A stretch of 54,755 bases of DNA, counting the filler, from Tortispora ganteri (Eukaryota), in NCBI GenBank assembly GCA_003707115.1. It is 3 parts of 3 records of this genome, joined end to end, with 100 filler letters (N's around TTAATTAATTAA, not from the genome) between each part and the next. Parts side by side here need not be neighbours in the genome. Positions count along the whole stretch, not along the records: positions 22,182 to 41,969 come from PPNB01000047.1; 2 more parts are not named here. One strand, written 5' to 3'. Below are positions 22,996 to 33,276 of the stretch, in pieces. The first letter of the stretch is position 1. The number at the start of each line of letters is the position of its first letter. Below the pieces are notes generated by a model, which saw only the letters and a program-made list of their open reading frames with translations, did not search any database and was not told where the DNA came from. Made by a program: the position numbers and the translations under genes.

Positions 22996-24030
22996 TCAAT
23001 TTGACGAAACTCTTCTCCTATGAAGCAATGAACTAAAGAACCTCTTCTTTGCAGGAACTTCATATATTTGAAATAATGGCTTATATGGCTCTGGCAGCTC
23101 AAAATTGGTCTCAACATTACCAATTCCATCTAATTTTGAAAATTCAGCATTTAATTGCCCTTCAAGAATTGTCAATCTTCTTCCAATCGCTCTACCGATT
23201 TCTTTCTTTTCTGTTTCTTCATCCGCTCCAAAAAGTGCAAATTTGAAGCCTCCCATTCTATTACCTTCTTTCATTGCTCCTGACTTAGAACTAGCATGAT
23301 CATTTCGCTGGAAAAACTTGCTGAACGGTTTTAGCGCCCGTGAGACTTTATTCGGCTCAACCAAATCGTCAACAATATACCCTTCTGACCCGCCCGCTGA
23401 ACATCCATCTGCATCTACCTCTGATACCACAGGTGTGCTTCTCCAGTTGTATGAAACAGAGCTGCGCACCGAATCGGTTTTGTCTTTATGTTCTTTATTG
23501 ATTTGATACGATATGGACTCCTCCGTTTCAACTTCAACGGGTGGTGGTATCTGTGTCTGATTCTCAACGCCGCTACTCTCCACTGTGGCTGCATACAAGG
23601 AAGACCCTCCGTTGTCGCTAGCACTTAACTCTTCTTCGACGTCTTCATCCAGATTGCTGTCGCTGCTGCTTTCGTTGTCACTGTCGCTTTCACTCCCGCT
23701 CTCTTCTTCATCATCGTATTCCTCCTGCTCTCCGTACTCGATCTCGAGTTTTTCAGTAGTAGAAATTGTATCAAAAACAACGTGTTTCTCCTCTGTCAGC
23801 TGATTTGCACTACTCTGGTTTTTAACTTCATTTTCTTTTAATTCTTCATGAATATCCTTAGAACTTAAGCAGATCTCGCCCACTTTCATGTCTATGGCCT
23901 CCTGAAACTCTGCAGGCTCTGTTATTGACGATTCTTGAAAGTTCTCCTCTCCTTCATTTCTTTCTTCTAAATCTAACAGCTTTGCATGTTTTTTCTCCTC
24001 TTTATTTTCATTCAACTGAACTACTTCCAT
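22996..24030 (-). CDS. Hypothetical acidic low-complexity protein (344 aa)
   Basis: Long ATG-initiated ORF, E/S/D-rich with a basic C-terminus; no family recognised. Confidence 0.7.
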   Translation of the reverse strand: MEVVQLNENKEEKKHAKLLDLEERNEGEENFQESSITEPAEFQEAIDMKVGEICLSSKDIHEELKENEVKNQSSANQLTEEKHVVFDTISTTEKLEIEYGEQEEYDDEEESGSESDSDNESSSDSNLDEDVEEELSASDNGGSSLYAATVESSGVENQTQIPPPVEVETEESISYQINKEHKDKTDSVRSSVSYNWRSTPVVSEVDADGCSAGGSEGYIVDDLVEPNKVSRALKPFSKFFQRNDHASSKSGAMKEGNRMGGFKFALFGADEETEKKEIGRAIGRRLTILEGQLNAEFSKLDGIGNVETNFELPEPYKPLFQIYEVPAKKRFFSSLLHRRRVSSN

Positions 24031-24733
24031 TTGTTCTCACCACTAAAAATACACCTCTGATTGTTGTATTATATCCCGACTTATGCGTCTGGTGTGCCTA
24101 CAATTTCTCGTGCTAGCAGTGCCACCTAGCTAATGATACAATATGTTCTAGCGATTTGCCCCATGTCAGCTAAAATGCTACCTTATTAATATACTAATGA
24201 TTCGATGTTATGTAGGGTGTGCTGCATTAGTCCCTTGATCCGCCTTCATTTCCACCTCAATCAGAACCCTTAGAAGCTTATCTGCACTGACATATATCAT
24301 GCGCGAAATCAGAAGTCATCAAATGAAGAAACTAGATCCCATAAAAATATCCTGTGCACTAAATCATGACATAACTCCACTTTACAGCAACATCACTTCA
24401 TGACAAGAAAATTCTAAGCCATCAAAAATCGTCTTTGTCAAAAGATGCACATATCTTGTCCATTCTTCATCAACCAAGATTAAATTTAGTTTCATTGATC
24501 TAACAAGCACTGGCATGTGTCATAAAGCTTTCAGGGACCGCATTAAAACGCTCATACACAACCATGTAGTAATGCACGTTAAAGTCGAACAGCCAAGAAT
24601 AAATCAAAAACAAAACTGACATATCCTTCGCAATTTATAACAATCAAATATAAACCAGAACCAATAGGGTTTGCATTCGTATATTTAAATCCAAATATCA
24701 GCCAGATTCAGTGGTACAATTTCCATCCAGCTT

Positions 24734-26935
24734 TTATAGGTTCTTCATAATATTCTTGCTCTTCGCAAAGAAGCCTTTTGACTTGTCCATTCCTAATCGG
24801 CTAGAGTTCTTCAAACTGTGCGACATGTTATGCATTTTGGATGATATATGAGAAGCTCCACTCGATTTTCTTGTGCTGCTACTACTCGTCCCTGTTCGCG
24901 TAAGCGACACTCCATCCTGGGAAATAAGCTGCTTTTTCGGGTAAGCTGCTGTTTTAGGGGCCCCAATACCTTCAGCACTTAGGATATCCGTTAATTGTCC
25001 CGACGAATATGCTAACCACAAGTCTAACCCAATATTCATATCAGCTTCCTGTAACCGCGCTTCATTGTATGCTTTTTGCCGTTCTTTCGAAGTAGGATTC
25101 TTAGAGGTAAGCGATCTGAAATCGTATTTCCGGTTGAATTGAAGTAGTGATTTATCTTGGACATAGTCTAGGGCTTTCAATAAATCATTGTAGTCGTTGG
25201 AATTGGTGTAAAAAGCAATAAGTTGGTTCAAGTTATAGTTTGCACCAGTTTCAGATCCTTTGGTACCTTGAGAGTCTAATGAAATATTCGCTAGCCCACT
25301 AGAATCGTTGCCAGCTGTATCGGAATTTTCATCAAGTGTGGTAAGCACTTCTTTGTTGGTTTGCATATTCTTATTCTCCTCTGGCGCAACGTCGTTAATA
25401 ATCATAGATATAGGTCGAGGAGCAGGGAGAGGGGTGTCGGTATCTGGTCGTGATAATAAATCGGAATTTTTTCGACTATCGCTTTCCGAGTAATCTTCTA
25501 TGCTATTGTAATTCTTAAGCGACGATTGTCCGTCGAACTCGCTGTCATCGCTGTCCTTGTAACTGTCTACAGGTTTCCATCTCAAGATACCGGTATCTGA
25601 CTCTGCAGTGGTATCAAACTCGTTCAAAGTAAAGTTGTCTGACATTTCATTAGCCTTTGAATCCGGTGAGTCCTCGATATTAGAAACAATAACAGTATTG
25701 AGCAGTTCATTGTCATCGTCAGCTATAGGGGGCAGTATTTCAGGTATGCTAGCTTCGGGCCAGGTTTCTATTTGCGTTGTGTTCAACGAAGTTGTCCTTC
25801 CTGTTGAGCTTCGACTTTCGAATGAAACAAGAATATTAGACTCATTGTCTTTTGATTCGCTGAAGTCTTCATTGATACTGGCGTTTGCCTCGTAACTTGT
25901 AGTTTCGTTAGCAATGTCGTTAGTATCATTAGCATCATTTATTTCGTTTTCTTCTGGGGTTTCAAAATCCTTAGCAGACTCTTCTGCCGACATATAATCT
26001 TCGTCTTCAGTGATAGCAGGACATGTTTGTAGAGTATTTTCGTTTTGTGGTGTTAGTTGTACCGAGTCGACAAACTCTGGAACAGAAGCGAGTCTTACAG
26101 ACGTCGGGGCGGCAATGCCTAGTTCAGCTTCTTCGTTGTCATCGAATCCTTTCATCCAGGAAGCGCGAGAGTCTATGGTACCAACACCGGGGTCGAAGTC
26201 CTCGAATCCGTCACTGCTGGCACCGCGTGAATGGCGGCTGGAATTTACGATCACAGATGGGATCACGGGAATAGAGATGGTTTTGCGAGAGGAGTTAGAT
26301 GTGATGGAGAGGTTCGAAACTTGAGATACATTTCGCGAATGACCACGAGAAGGATTTGAAACAGTTTCGTAGATATCTTGAGCGAGTTCGTCATTCTTTT
26401 TCACCTGTTCGGCATAACCGGGGGACAGCTCGTTTACATCAAAGGCCATCGGAGCGGCGACGTTGACATCTATAGCAAGGCCTTCTTCGGAGTAAATTCT
26501 GGACATATTATATGTCAGATCATCAATTGAATCACTTTTGTGCATGTCGCTTGTATCATAACCGGCTATCTGTACTGTGTCGGGGACGGTCAAGTTATGT
26601 GTGGTGTCTTCCCTGATGGCAGTCTGTTCACTGAAACTACTGAGGTCCTGCATGAGCGAGTCGAGCGCGGCGGATGGGGTGACATCTTCAGGTTTAGGCG
26701 GTAAAATTTCGGGGAGTGTAGGACTTTGGAGGTCGTTTTCAATAGAATCATCATGAGAGGCCATAGCGTCTATAGCGATGTTCGCAGACGATGCGGTGTC
26801 AGAGACCGGAGTAGCTGATTGGACGGCATCCTGAGGGTCCGCATAATGGTCAACTAATGCATGTGGCTCGCCATTTTGTTCTATTACAGATACATCTGTA
26901 CTCAAACGCCAGGGTTTATACTCGTTGTTGGACAT
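24734..26935 (-). CDS. Acidic, largely disordered protein (733 aa); C-terminal block possibly Fyv8-like
   Basis: Long ORF. The segment FRSLTS..PTSKERQKAYNEARLQEADMNIGLDLWL looks conserved; the family call is tentative. Confidence 0.65.
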   Translation of the reverse strand: MSNNEYKPWRLSTDVSVIEQNGEPHALVDHYADPQDAVQSATPVSDTASSANIAIDAMASHDDSIENDLQSPTLPEILPPKPEDVTPSAALDSLMQDLSSFSEQTAIREDTTHNLTVPDTVQIAGYDTSDMHKSDSIDDLTYNMSRIYSEEGLAIDVNVAAPMAFDVNELSPGYAEQVKKNDELAQDIYETVSNPSRGHSRNVSQVSNLSITSNSSRKTISIPVIPSVIVNSSRHSRGASSDGFEDFDPGVGTIDSRASWMKGFDDNEEAELGIAAPTSVRLASVPEFVDSVQLTPQNENTLQTCPAITEDEDYMSAEESAKDFETPEENEINDANDTNDIANETTSYEANASINEDFSESKDNESNILVSFESRSSTGRTTSLNTTQIETWPEASIPEILPPIADDDNELLNTVIVSNIEDSPDSKANEMSDNFTLNEFDTTAESDTGILRWKPVDSYKDSDDSEFDGQSSLKNYNSIEDYSESDSRKNSDLLSRPDTDTPLPAPRPISMIINDVAPEENKNMQTNKEVLTTLDENSDTAGNDSSGLANISLDSQGTKGSETGANYNLNQLIAFYTNSNDYNDLLKALDYVQDKSLLQFNRKYDFRSLTSKNPTSKERQKAYNEARLQEADMNIGLDLWLAYSSGQLTDILSAEGIGAPKTAAYPKKQLISQDGVSLTRTGTSSSSTRKSSGASHISSKMHNMSHSLKNSSRLGMDKSKGFFAKSKNIMKNL

Positions 26936-27548
26936 TTAGGGTGATAATATAAGTTGGTCGATCAGTATGTGGGTGTGTTTCTAGTGTAGCGCCACTTGGA
27001 TCACAAAGTGGTCGTTAATAGGAGTGAAAATCGAAAAATTATAGAAAATATATTCTCAACAAACTTTTTCTAAATTGTCGAGGGTAATTTGTCAAAAAAA
27101 AATCAAAAAAAATGACTGTAAACTGAAGTTTTTTGAGGAACTTTCTAAATGTAGGGAAAATGTCGCTAGGATCCTGTGGGCGGGCGATGTTGGTGGGGAA
27201 AAAGGGATTCCGTCCCCCCTTATTTTTTATAGGGGACAAGTATTGCTGCGAGGGGTCGATATGTACACAAGAATGAATAAATGTGTAAATATGCAAACAT
27301 TTAAATATATAAATATATAAATATATATATTTATACATTTGTGTGAATATAATACATATCATGCGTTGTATAAGTCTTGCAGATCATTCGCTCAATAAAT
27401 CAATCAATATCGGCTCTCAAAACACTATCGACATTATTCAAACAAATCTGACCAGGTCTTAAACTATTCACCGTCATAATTTGTATTTATAAATTGATAG
27501 TACCGTGTGACTTTTGTCTAGCCATTACCATTATCATTAACTGCGTTC

Positions 27549-27628
27549 CTTTGATTAGAAACTTTATCGCAAACAATGACACCAACAATGACATGCATCT
27601 CAATCAAAGAATATACATATTTCTTTGT
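27549..27628. promoter_or_regulatory. Cluster of HMG-box-type sites upstream of the STE6-like gene
   Basis: AACAATGACA direct repeat (27572, 27584); CTTTGAT 27549; inverted pair CAAAGAA 27605 / TTCTTTG 27621. Confidence 0.5.
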
Positions 27629-27700
27629 ATAATAAGTCAGATAATATAATCTTTTTTCCCTTTTTTCATATCCTGTATTCACGTCTCATATATTATTGTC

Positions 27701-30700
27701 ATGGACCTCCAGAACGATCTCAAACAACTTTTCACTGTATCATCTGATCAGATTGCAGTTCCTGCACCTGTTCATGATCCCATTCCCACTGGTAAATGGA
27801 AACACCTGTTTCCATACATTGATGTACATTATTCCGCGTTCATACTCGCCGGGACTCTATCTTCTCTAGCGTCCGCCGTCCTTATCGTACTCATGGTCCT
27901 CTACACCGGTCAACTGTTTCAGACTATCCAGGACTATTCCTCCGGTTCAGACTTTACAGCCGCAAACGACGCCCTCCTCGCTTCAACATACCGTCTCCTC
28001 ATTATATGCGCCGCATTCTTCCCTGCTAGCGGCATGTCTCTTGGTATCTGGACTTATCTGTCAGAGTCACTCGTCGGTCATCTGCGTACCTTAGTCTTCC
28101 AGAAGCTACTGCGAGAAGACCTCGCATGGTTTGATTCATCAGAGGGATCAATCGCAAACATAAACAAACATCACATATATCTAGATGATCTCCAAAGATG
28201 TTACAGCATCGCAATGCACAATATCGCATCTGGTCTCGCAGTATGTATCGCCTCTATTGTCGTTGCCCTCTACTTTAGCTGGGCTCTCACTCTAGTCACT
28301 CTCGCGACATTCCCCGTAATCCTCGCATTCGCAGTCTTTATGTCGAACAAAATGCAGCAAAATATTGAACATGAAAAAGACCAACAATCTATGTCCTCCG
28401 CTATCCTCCAGTGGGCCCTCTCAAACCCTCTCACCATCACCTTGTTCAATTCGACACTATATGAAGCCAACAGGTTTAAGCAAAGCAACAGTCTGGCTTC
28501 TTCATATTTCATCAAAGCTATATATTGGCTCTCTGTACAGCTAGGCTCTATAAAGTGTCTGTTTCTGCTCATGTTTGTCCAAGGATTCTGGTACGGCAGC
28601 TATCTGTACAGAAGAGACCAAGTATCGCTGAGCGATATAATAACAGTCTTTCTGTGCTGTATATCAGCCGCAGAAGGGTTTGAAAGATATGCGTCTCATA
28701 TGCCATTCATCGCAAAGGCCAAAATAGCAGGTACTAGAATTTCTAAATTCTGTTCTGTTCAATCAATTCTCGAACTGCTCGAAATCTCCCTGGCTCCATA
28801 CGAGAATTTATCCGAAATACAACCCTCAAGAGACTTAACAACCACAATAACCGTTTCGGCCGTTTACTATACATACGAGTCTAGACCTGACACATTTGCC
28901 TTAAACGGTGTGACTTTAATCATCCCTGCAGCCTGTCTCACTTTTATCGTTGGTTCTTCAGGCTCAGGCAAGTCCACTCTGGCCAACCTGATCGCCGGTT
29001 TATACCCACTCAACTCCGGAAAAATTCTACTTGGCCAATCTAATATCGCTCATGTATCCAAAAAATGGGTTAGGAAGAACATCACCTATGTGCAGCAAAC
29101 ACCATTGCTCTTCGACATGTCCATTCGCAATAACATCCTAGTAGGTCTTTCTGAGTCTGAAATTCGTTCCAAAGCAGAGTTCCATAAAGTATGTGAAATC
29201 TGTGGACTACCTAATTTTGTCAGAGAAATGCCAAACGGTTATGATACGGTCATACATGGTTATGGTTCTAACCTTAGCGGCGGTCAAAAGCAGAGAATAT
29301 CTCTAGCAAGAGCATTGCTCAGAGACAGTTCTGTTTTGCTTCTTGACGAGGCTTTGAGTGCTTTAGACGTTTCAATGCGTGCTGAAATATTTCAAAAACT
29401 CCGTGATTACCGTCATGGAAAAACAACTCTTGTCATAACTCATAACTTAGAGAATATCTTGCCAGACGATTATGTGGTGGTGATGGCAAATGGAAGTGTG
29501 AAGGCATCAGGACCTTTCCATTCTGTCAGATCACTCAACACTTTTTGCACGAGTGGAATAGATACTACTCGTGATCCTCGCGAAATGATAACCCCTGTGT
29601 ATCACACCAGCAAACTGGCTAGACAATTCAGAAATAGTATCCATGAGTCGAACAGGTCTTCAATTTATGGAATAAATATTCCTCGTGTGATTAGTATGCA
29701 TGAATACTCTTTAGGCGCTTTCCCTGAAGAGCTAGAACAGAATAATTATGGCTATGTCCAGTCTGTTCGCCAGTCTTCTGGAAATCCTCTGCTTACATCT
29801 TCTGAAACAGATTCCAGCACCTTGTCGTTCGCACAGTTGAGCCTATGGGAAGCCATTCGCGCCATAGCTCGAGGCAGAGTTAATTACTTTTTTCTTGTGC
29901 CTGGAATTATTGCAGCTATTGCATGTGGTGTATTCCCCGCAGGCTTTAGTTACTGTCTCTCGCATCTCATTAGTTCCATCACTGAACCCGCCGACAGGTC
30001 ATTGTTCTGGGCTCTGGTCCTAATTTGTATGGCTGTTGGAGAAGGAATCTCTCTTTTCACCCGAGTTTTAATGTTGGAAAAAGTCGCAGATCGGCTTGTG
30101 AGTGCTGTAAAGCTAGACGCTTTTACTCGGATTCTTCATCAGCGGCCAAGCTGGTTATCTGAAATATCTCTCGATGTTTCGGGTATATGGCAAATACTTA
30201 TTGGTGATACGGAAAACATCAGAGACTCATTGGACAAAGTCGGGGGCGTATTCATCAGCGTCGTATTCACTTTTAGCGCATCAATAATTTGGGCTTTAAT
30301 AGCAGGATGGAAGCTCACGCTTATTTCAATAGCTCCAATGTTCGGCGTTATGATCATATTCTGGTGTTATATTCGAGTTTCCAAATACTTTGAGTTGAAG
30401 AGCCTAAAATTAAAGAACGATAGCAATTCTTTAATGTCTCAATTCATTGTATGTATAAGGTCTGTCAAAGTGTATTCTGTGGAACCACTCTTTGAAGCTC
30501 TTCACAATGATGTTGTTCAAAAACAAAAGACCCTAGGCTTGCAACGAGAATTATATTCGGGTCTTCTGTTTGGTTTACTGGATTCCTCCATTCAATTCTG
30601 CAAAGTTTTATGTCTCTGGTACGGGTTTCGTTTAGTGATAACAGAAGAATACTCTTTCACTTCAACCATGACTGTTTTAGCCTTGATCATATTTGCACTA

Positions 30701-31579
30701 GTGAATATCTTGGACTTCGTAAATGATATCCCCATGGTCACAAAGAGCTCTCAAGCTTTAAGAAAAATCGCACCGCTGGTGAAACTGCCATTCGATGAAG
30801 ATACTACCTCCACCTACCGTCAACCAACATTCTCAACAAGCTTTAACACAGCCAAAAGTGTCTCTTTTGATTCAGTATTCTTCAAGTATCCAGGAGCCAA
30901 CCCGGATGAAGAATATGCGCTGAAGAACGTCACCGTTGAAATACCTAAGTGCCGTCTGACGTGTATAGTAGGTGCTTCTGGTTCTGGAAAATCGACTTTG
31001 GCAAGTCTTTTGGCACGTATATATGAGCCTCAGTATGGTTCAGTGAATATTGGCGCGCAGAATATCAGAAAACAACCAAAAGAACAATTCAGACGTCAAA
31101 TTGGAATGCTCACTCAGCAGCCGGCAATTGCTAATGGCACAGTGTTAGACAATCTGCTGTATTCACTGAGTGAACATGAACGAAAAGCTATATCAATGGA
31201 GTATATTGAGAAAGTGTGCAGGCAAGCATACATCCATGACTTTATAATATCACTCCCAGAAGGCTATAACACTATTTTAGACAACGGGTTGCATTCTTTA
31301 TCAGGAGGTCAAGCACAACGGTTGTGTTTAGCCCGTGTCCTTATACGTGATCCGGGTATTCTGATTATGGATGAATCAACGTCTGCTCTTGATCCCGAGA
31401 CAACCACATATATAGAAAGGGCTTTGATAGAGTTATCCGAAAGCAAAACAGTGATTTGTATTAGTCATACAGAATCGCTCATAGAAAGAGCTCATCGTAT
31501 CATTAGGCTCGAGAAGGGATCAGTCATTGAAGTCGTAGATAAAGAGTTCGGAACGGCATATTATCCATCGCCAAGATAA
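27701..31579 (+). CDS. STE6: Full-length ABCB transporter, Ste6/Hst6/Mam1-like lipopeptide pheromone exporter
   Basis: TMD-NBD-TMD-NBD; Walker A GSSGSGKST and GASGSGKST; LSGGQ twice; LMFVQGFWYGS typical of Ste6-type exporters. Confidence 0.75.
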   Translation: MDLQNDLKQLFTVSSDQIAVPAPVHDPIPTGKWKHLFPYIDVHYSAFILAGTLSSLASAVLIVLMVLYTGQLFQTIQDYSSGSDFTAANDALLASTYRLLIICAAFFPASGMSLGIWTYLSESLVGHLRTLVFQKLLREDLAWFDSSEGSIANINKHHIYLDDLQRCYSIAMHNIASGLAVCIASIVVALYFSWALTLVTLATFPVILAFAVFMSNKMQQNIEHEKDQQSMSSAILQWALSNPLTITLFNSTLYEANRFKQSNSLASSYFIKAIYWLSVQLGSIKCLFLLMFVQGFWYGSYLYRRDQVSLSDIITVFLCCISAAEGFERYASHMPFIAKAKIAGTRISKFCSVQSILELLEISLAPYENLSEIQPSRDLTTTITVSAVYYTYESRPDTFALNGVTLIIPAACLTFIVGSSGSGKSTLANLIAGLYPLNSGKILLGQSNIAHVSKKWVRKNITYVQQTPLLFDMSIRNNILVGLSESEIRSKAEFHKVCEICGLPNFVREMPNGYDTVIHGYGSNLSGGQKQRISLARALLRDSSVLLLDEALSALDVSMRAEIFQKLRDYRHGKTTLVITHNLENILPDDYVVVMANGSVKASGPFHSVRSLNTFCTSGIDTTRDPREMITPVYHTSKLARQFRNSIHESNRSSIYGINIPRVISMHEYSLGAFPEELEQNNYGYVQSVRQSSGNPLLTSSETDSSTLSFAQLSLWEAIRAIARGRVNYFFLVPGIIAAIACGVFPAGFSYCLSHLISSITEPADRSLFWALVLICMAVGEGISLFTRVLMLEKVADRLVSAVKLDAFTRILHQRPSWLSEISLDVSGIWQILIGDTENIRDSLDKVGGVFISVVFTFSASIIWALIAGWKLTLISIAPMFGVMIIFWCYIRVSKYFELKSLKLKNDSNSLMSQFIVCIRSVKVYSVEPLFEALHNDVVQKQKTLGLQRELYSGLLFGLLDSSIQFCKVLCLWYGFRLVITEEYSFTSTMTVLALIIFALVNILDFVNDIPMVTKSSQALRKIAPLVKLPFDEDTTSTYRQPTFSTSFNTAKSVSFDSVFFKYPGANPDEEYALKNVTVEIPKCRLTCIVGASGSGKSTLASLLARIYEPQYGSVNIGAQNIRKQPKEQFRRQIGMLTQQPAIANGTVLDNLLYSLSEHERKAISMEYIEKVCRQAYIHDFIISLPEGYNTILDNGLHSLSGGQAQRLCLARVLIRDPGILIMDESTSALDPETTTYIERALIELSESKTVICISHTESLIERAHRIIRLEKGSVIEVVDKEFGTAYYPSPR

Positions 31580-31654
31580 CTGGCTTTTTCTTTTTTTTAA
31601 AAGTCATAAAATCAAATGGAGTATTTCTATTATTGTTCTGTATTGTAGAGCATT

Positions 31655-33088
31655 TCAATCCCAATAGCTAATTTCACCTTGATCTCCCGATATAGCGACT
31701 TTACTAGTTTCATGAGGATGGACAGCTATGCAAGAGGCCACTTGATTATGTGCATGAAACTTGCTCAACAAGGCAGTTGATTTCCAGTTCCAAAAGTAAG
31801 CGTTTCCTTTTGCGTCACCTAGAATTAGTACCTCGCCATTAGGTGAAAATGCAGGCTTGAGTTTGCGTCCTGAACTTGTGAACCCCTTAAACACGCGTTT
31901 TCGGCTCAAACTCATACGATCAGTTGCTGAGAAAACTGAGACCGTGTCATTGAGAGTTTCAGCGGCTACATACTTCCCACTAGGATGGAGCGTTAAGCTG
32001 GGCATAGAATGGATATCTGGTCCTGAAAAGAGCTTTATAGGTGCATTCACTTGCCAGTCCCAGACTCTGACTGTCTTGTCGTCAGAAGAGGACATGAATC
32101 GTCTATTGTTGTCGACGAAACAGATATCGTTTATGCCAGCTAGATGGTGATCGTATATTTGCACTATTTCATCACCGACGCGCGAGTCGTAGTGTTTTAT
32201 CTTGCCATCTGCACAGCCAACAAGAACATGGGTAGCAAGAGGAGAATCAGGGTTGAACCTGACAACGTTTGCGACCTTTTTTTGTGGGAACCTCGCTATG
32301 CAGGTACCTGTTTCTGTGTCCCAAAGCTTTACCTGTTTATCAAATGCGCAGGACATAAAATGTGTACCTGTGGCGTTAAATGACACGTCACGTACAGCTA
32401 ATGCGTGACCTTTGAAAGATCTGAGCTTTTCGCGCTCGTGGTGGGCGTCCCAGAGAACGATGTCGGAGTCTCTTCCAGCAGAGAGAAGCAAATGACCGGA
32501 CACAGGAAAAAATTGAAGCACTGATGTGCCTCCTCTGTGACCCTCATAAGTGTGTATTTTCTTTTTAGGCAGGTACCAGGGGCTATCGCCGTAATCTGTA
32601 GTTAGGTCAACATCTAGATCGCGAGGGACATGCATGTATGTCCGGCCCTGGTAGTCCAATTGCTCTTTACCGTAGAAGATAGTCTCTTCGGAAAGAATTG
32701 GAGTTGAATCTGGTTCATGTACAAGTTTTGCAGCATCATTCAGCTCGCTGGCTGCGTCTGAGTCGCTAGATGTGTCGCTGTATCCTGCCCATGGTCCCTG
32801 GTATACGTTTTCGCCTGTGAACGATGTGATATCGCCTTTCTTTTTGCGGGCCCGTTTCAGTTGCTTAGATTTACGTTTGCTACTAATTGTTAAATTTTCT
32901 TCAGCTATATCACCATATCGAAGCTGATTCGCGAATGCTATATCGTTGTATGTCACATCTTTAACGACCTGTGGTGTTGGTAGTGAATGTTTGACGAGAT
33001 CGGATGATTGTTGCGGAATATTCACATTTGGATCAGGAGTTATATGCAGATCTTGTTCTTCATCACTAGAATAATATACTAATGACAT
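31655..33088 (-). CDS. CDC40: Pre-mRNA splicing factor Prp17/Cdc40 (WD40)
   Basis: YQGPWA, DYQGRTYMHVP, YLPKKKIHT..GH, YDHHL, ends ISYWD. ATG at 33088. Confidence 0.93.
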   Translation of the reverse strand: MSLVYYSSDEEQDLHITPDPNVNIPQQSSDLVKHSLPTPQVVKDVTYNDIAFANQLRYGDIAEENLTISSKRKSKQLKRARKKKGDITSFTGENVYQGPWAGYSDTSSDSDAASELNDAAKLVHEPDSTPILSEETIFYGKEQLDYQGRTYMHVPRDLDVDLTTDYGDSPWYLPKKKIHTYEGHRGGTSVLQFFPVSGHLLLSAGRDSDIVLWDAHHEREKLRSFKGHALAVRDVSFNATGTHFMSCAFDKQVKLWDTETGTCIARFPQKKVANVVRFNPDSPLATHVLVGCADGKIKHYDSRVGDEIVQIYDHHLAGINDICFVDNNRRFMSSSDDKTVRVWDWQVNAPIKLFSGPDIHSMPSLTLHPSGKYVAAETLNDTVSVFSATDRMSLSRKRVFKGFTSSGRKLKPAFSPNGEVLILGDAKGNAYFWNWKSTALLSKFHAHNQVASCIAVHPHETSKVAISGDQGEISYWD

Positions 33089-33276
33089 ATAAAAATTGAT
33101 TTTATTTATATAATTGTTGATATTTTTAGCGGAGGTGTTGTCGTAAGTCAAGTCAAATCGAATCTGTCCGAGTCCCAAGTTAGCCACAAGCAATCATCAG
33201 ATAGAATGGCATAAAATAGTAAAAAATAATAAATTTTATACATAATTTTTTCTTTCTTTTTTGTGTATTTACGTAT

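Noticed and set aside
27039..27365. Short ORFs and an AT/TA-rich tract between the 733-aa gene and STE6
   Set aside because: Low-complexity promoter DNA; the translations are compositionally biased and motif-free.
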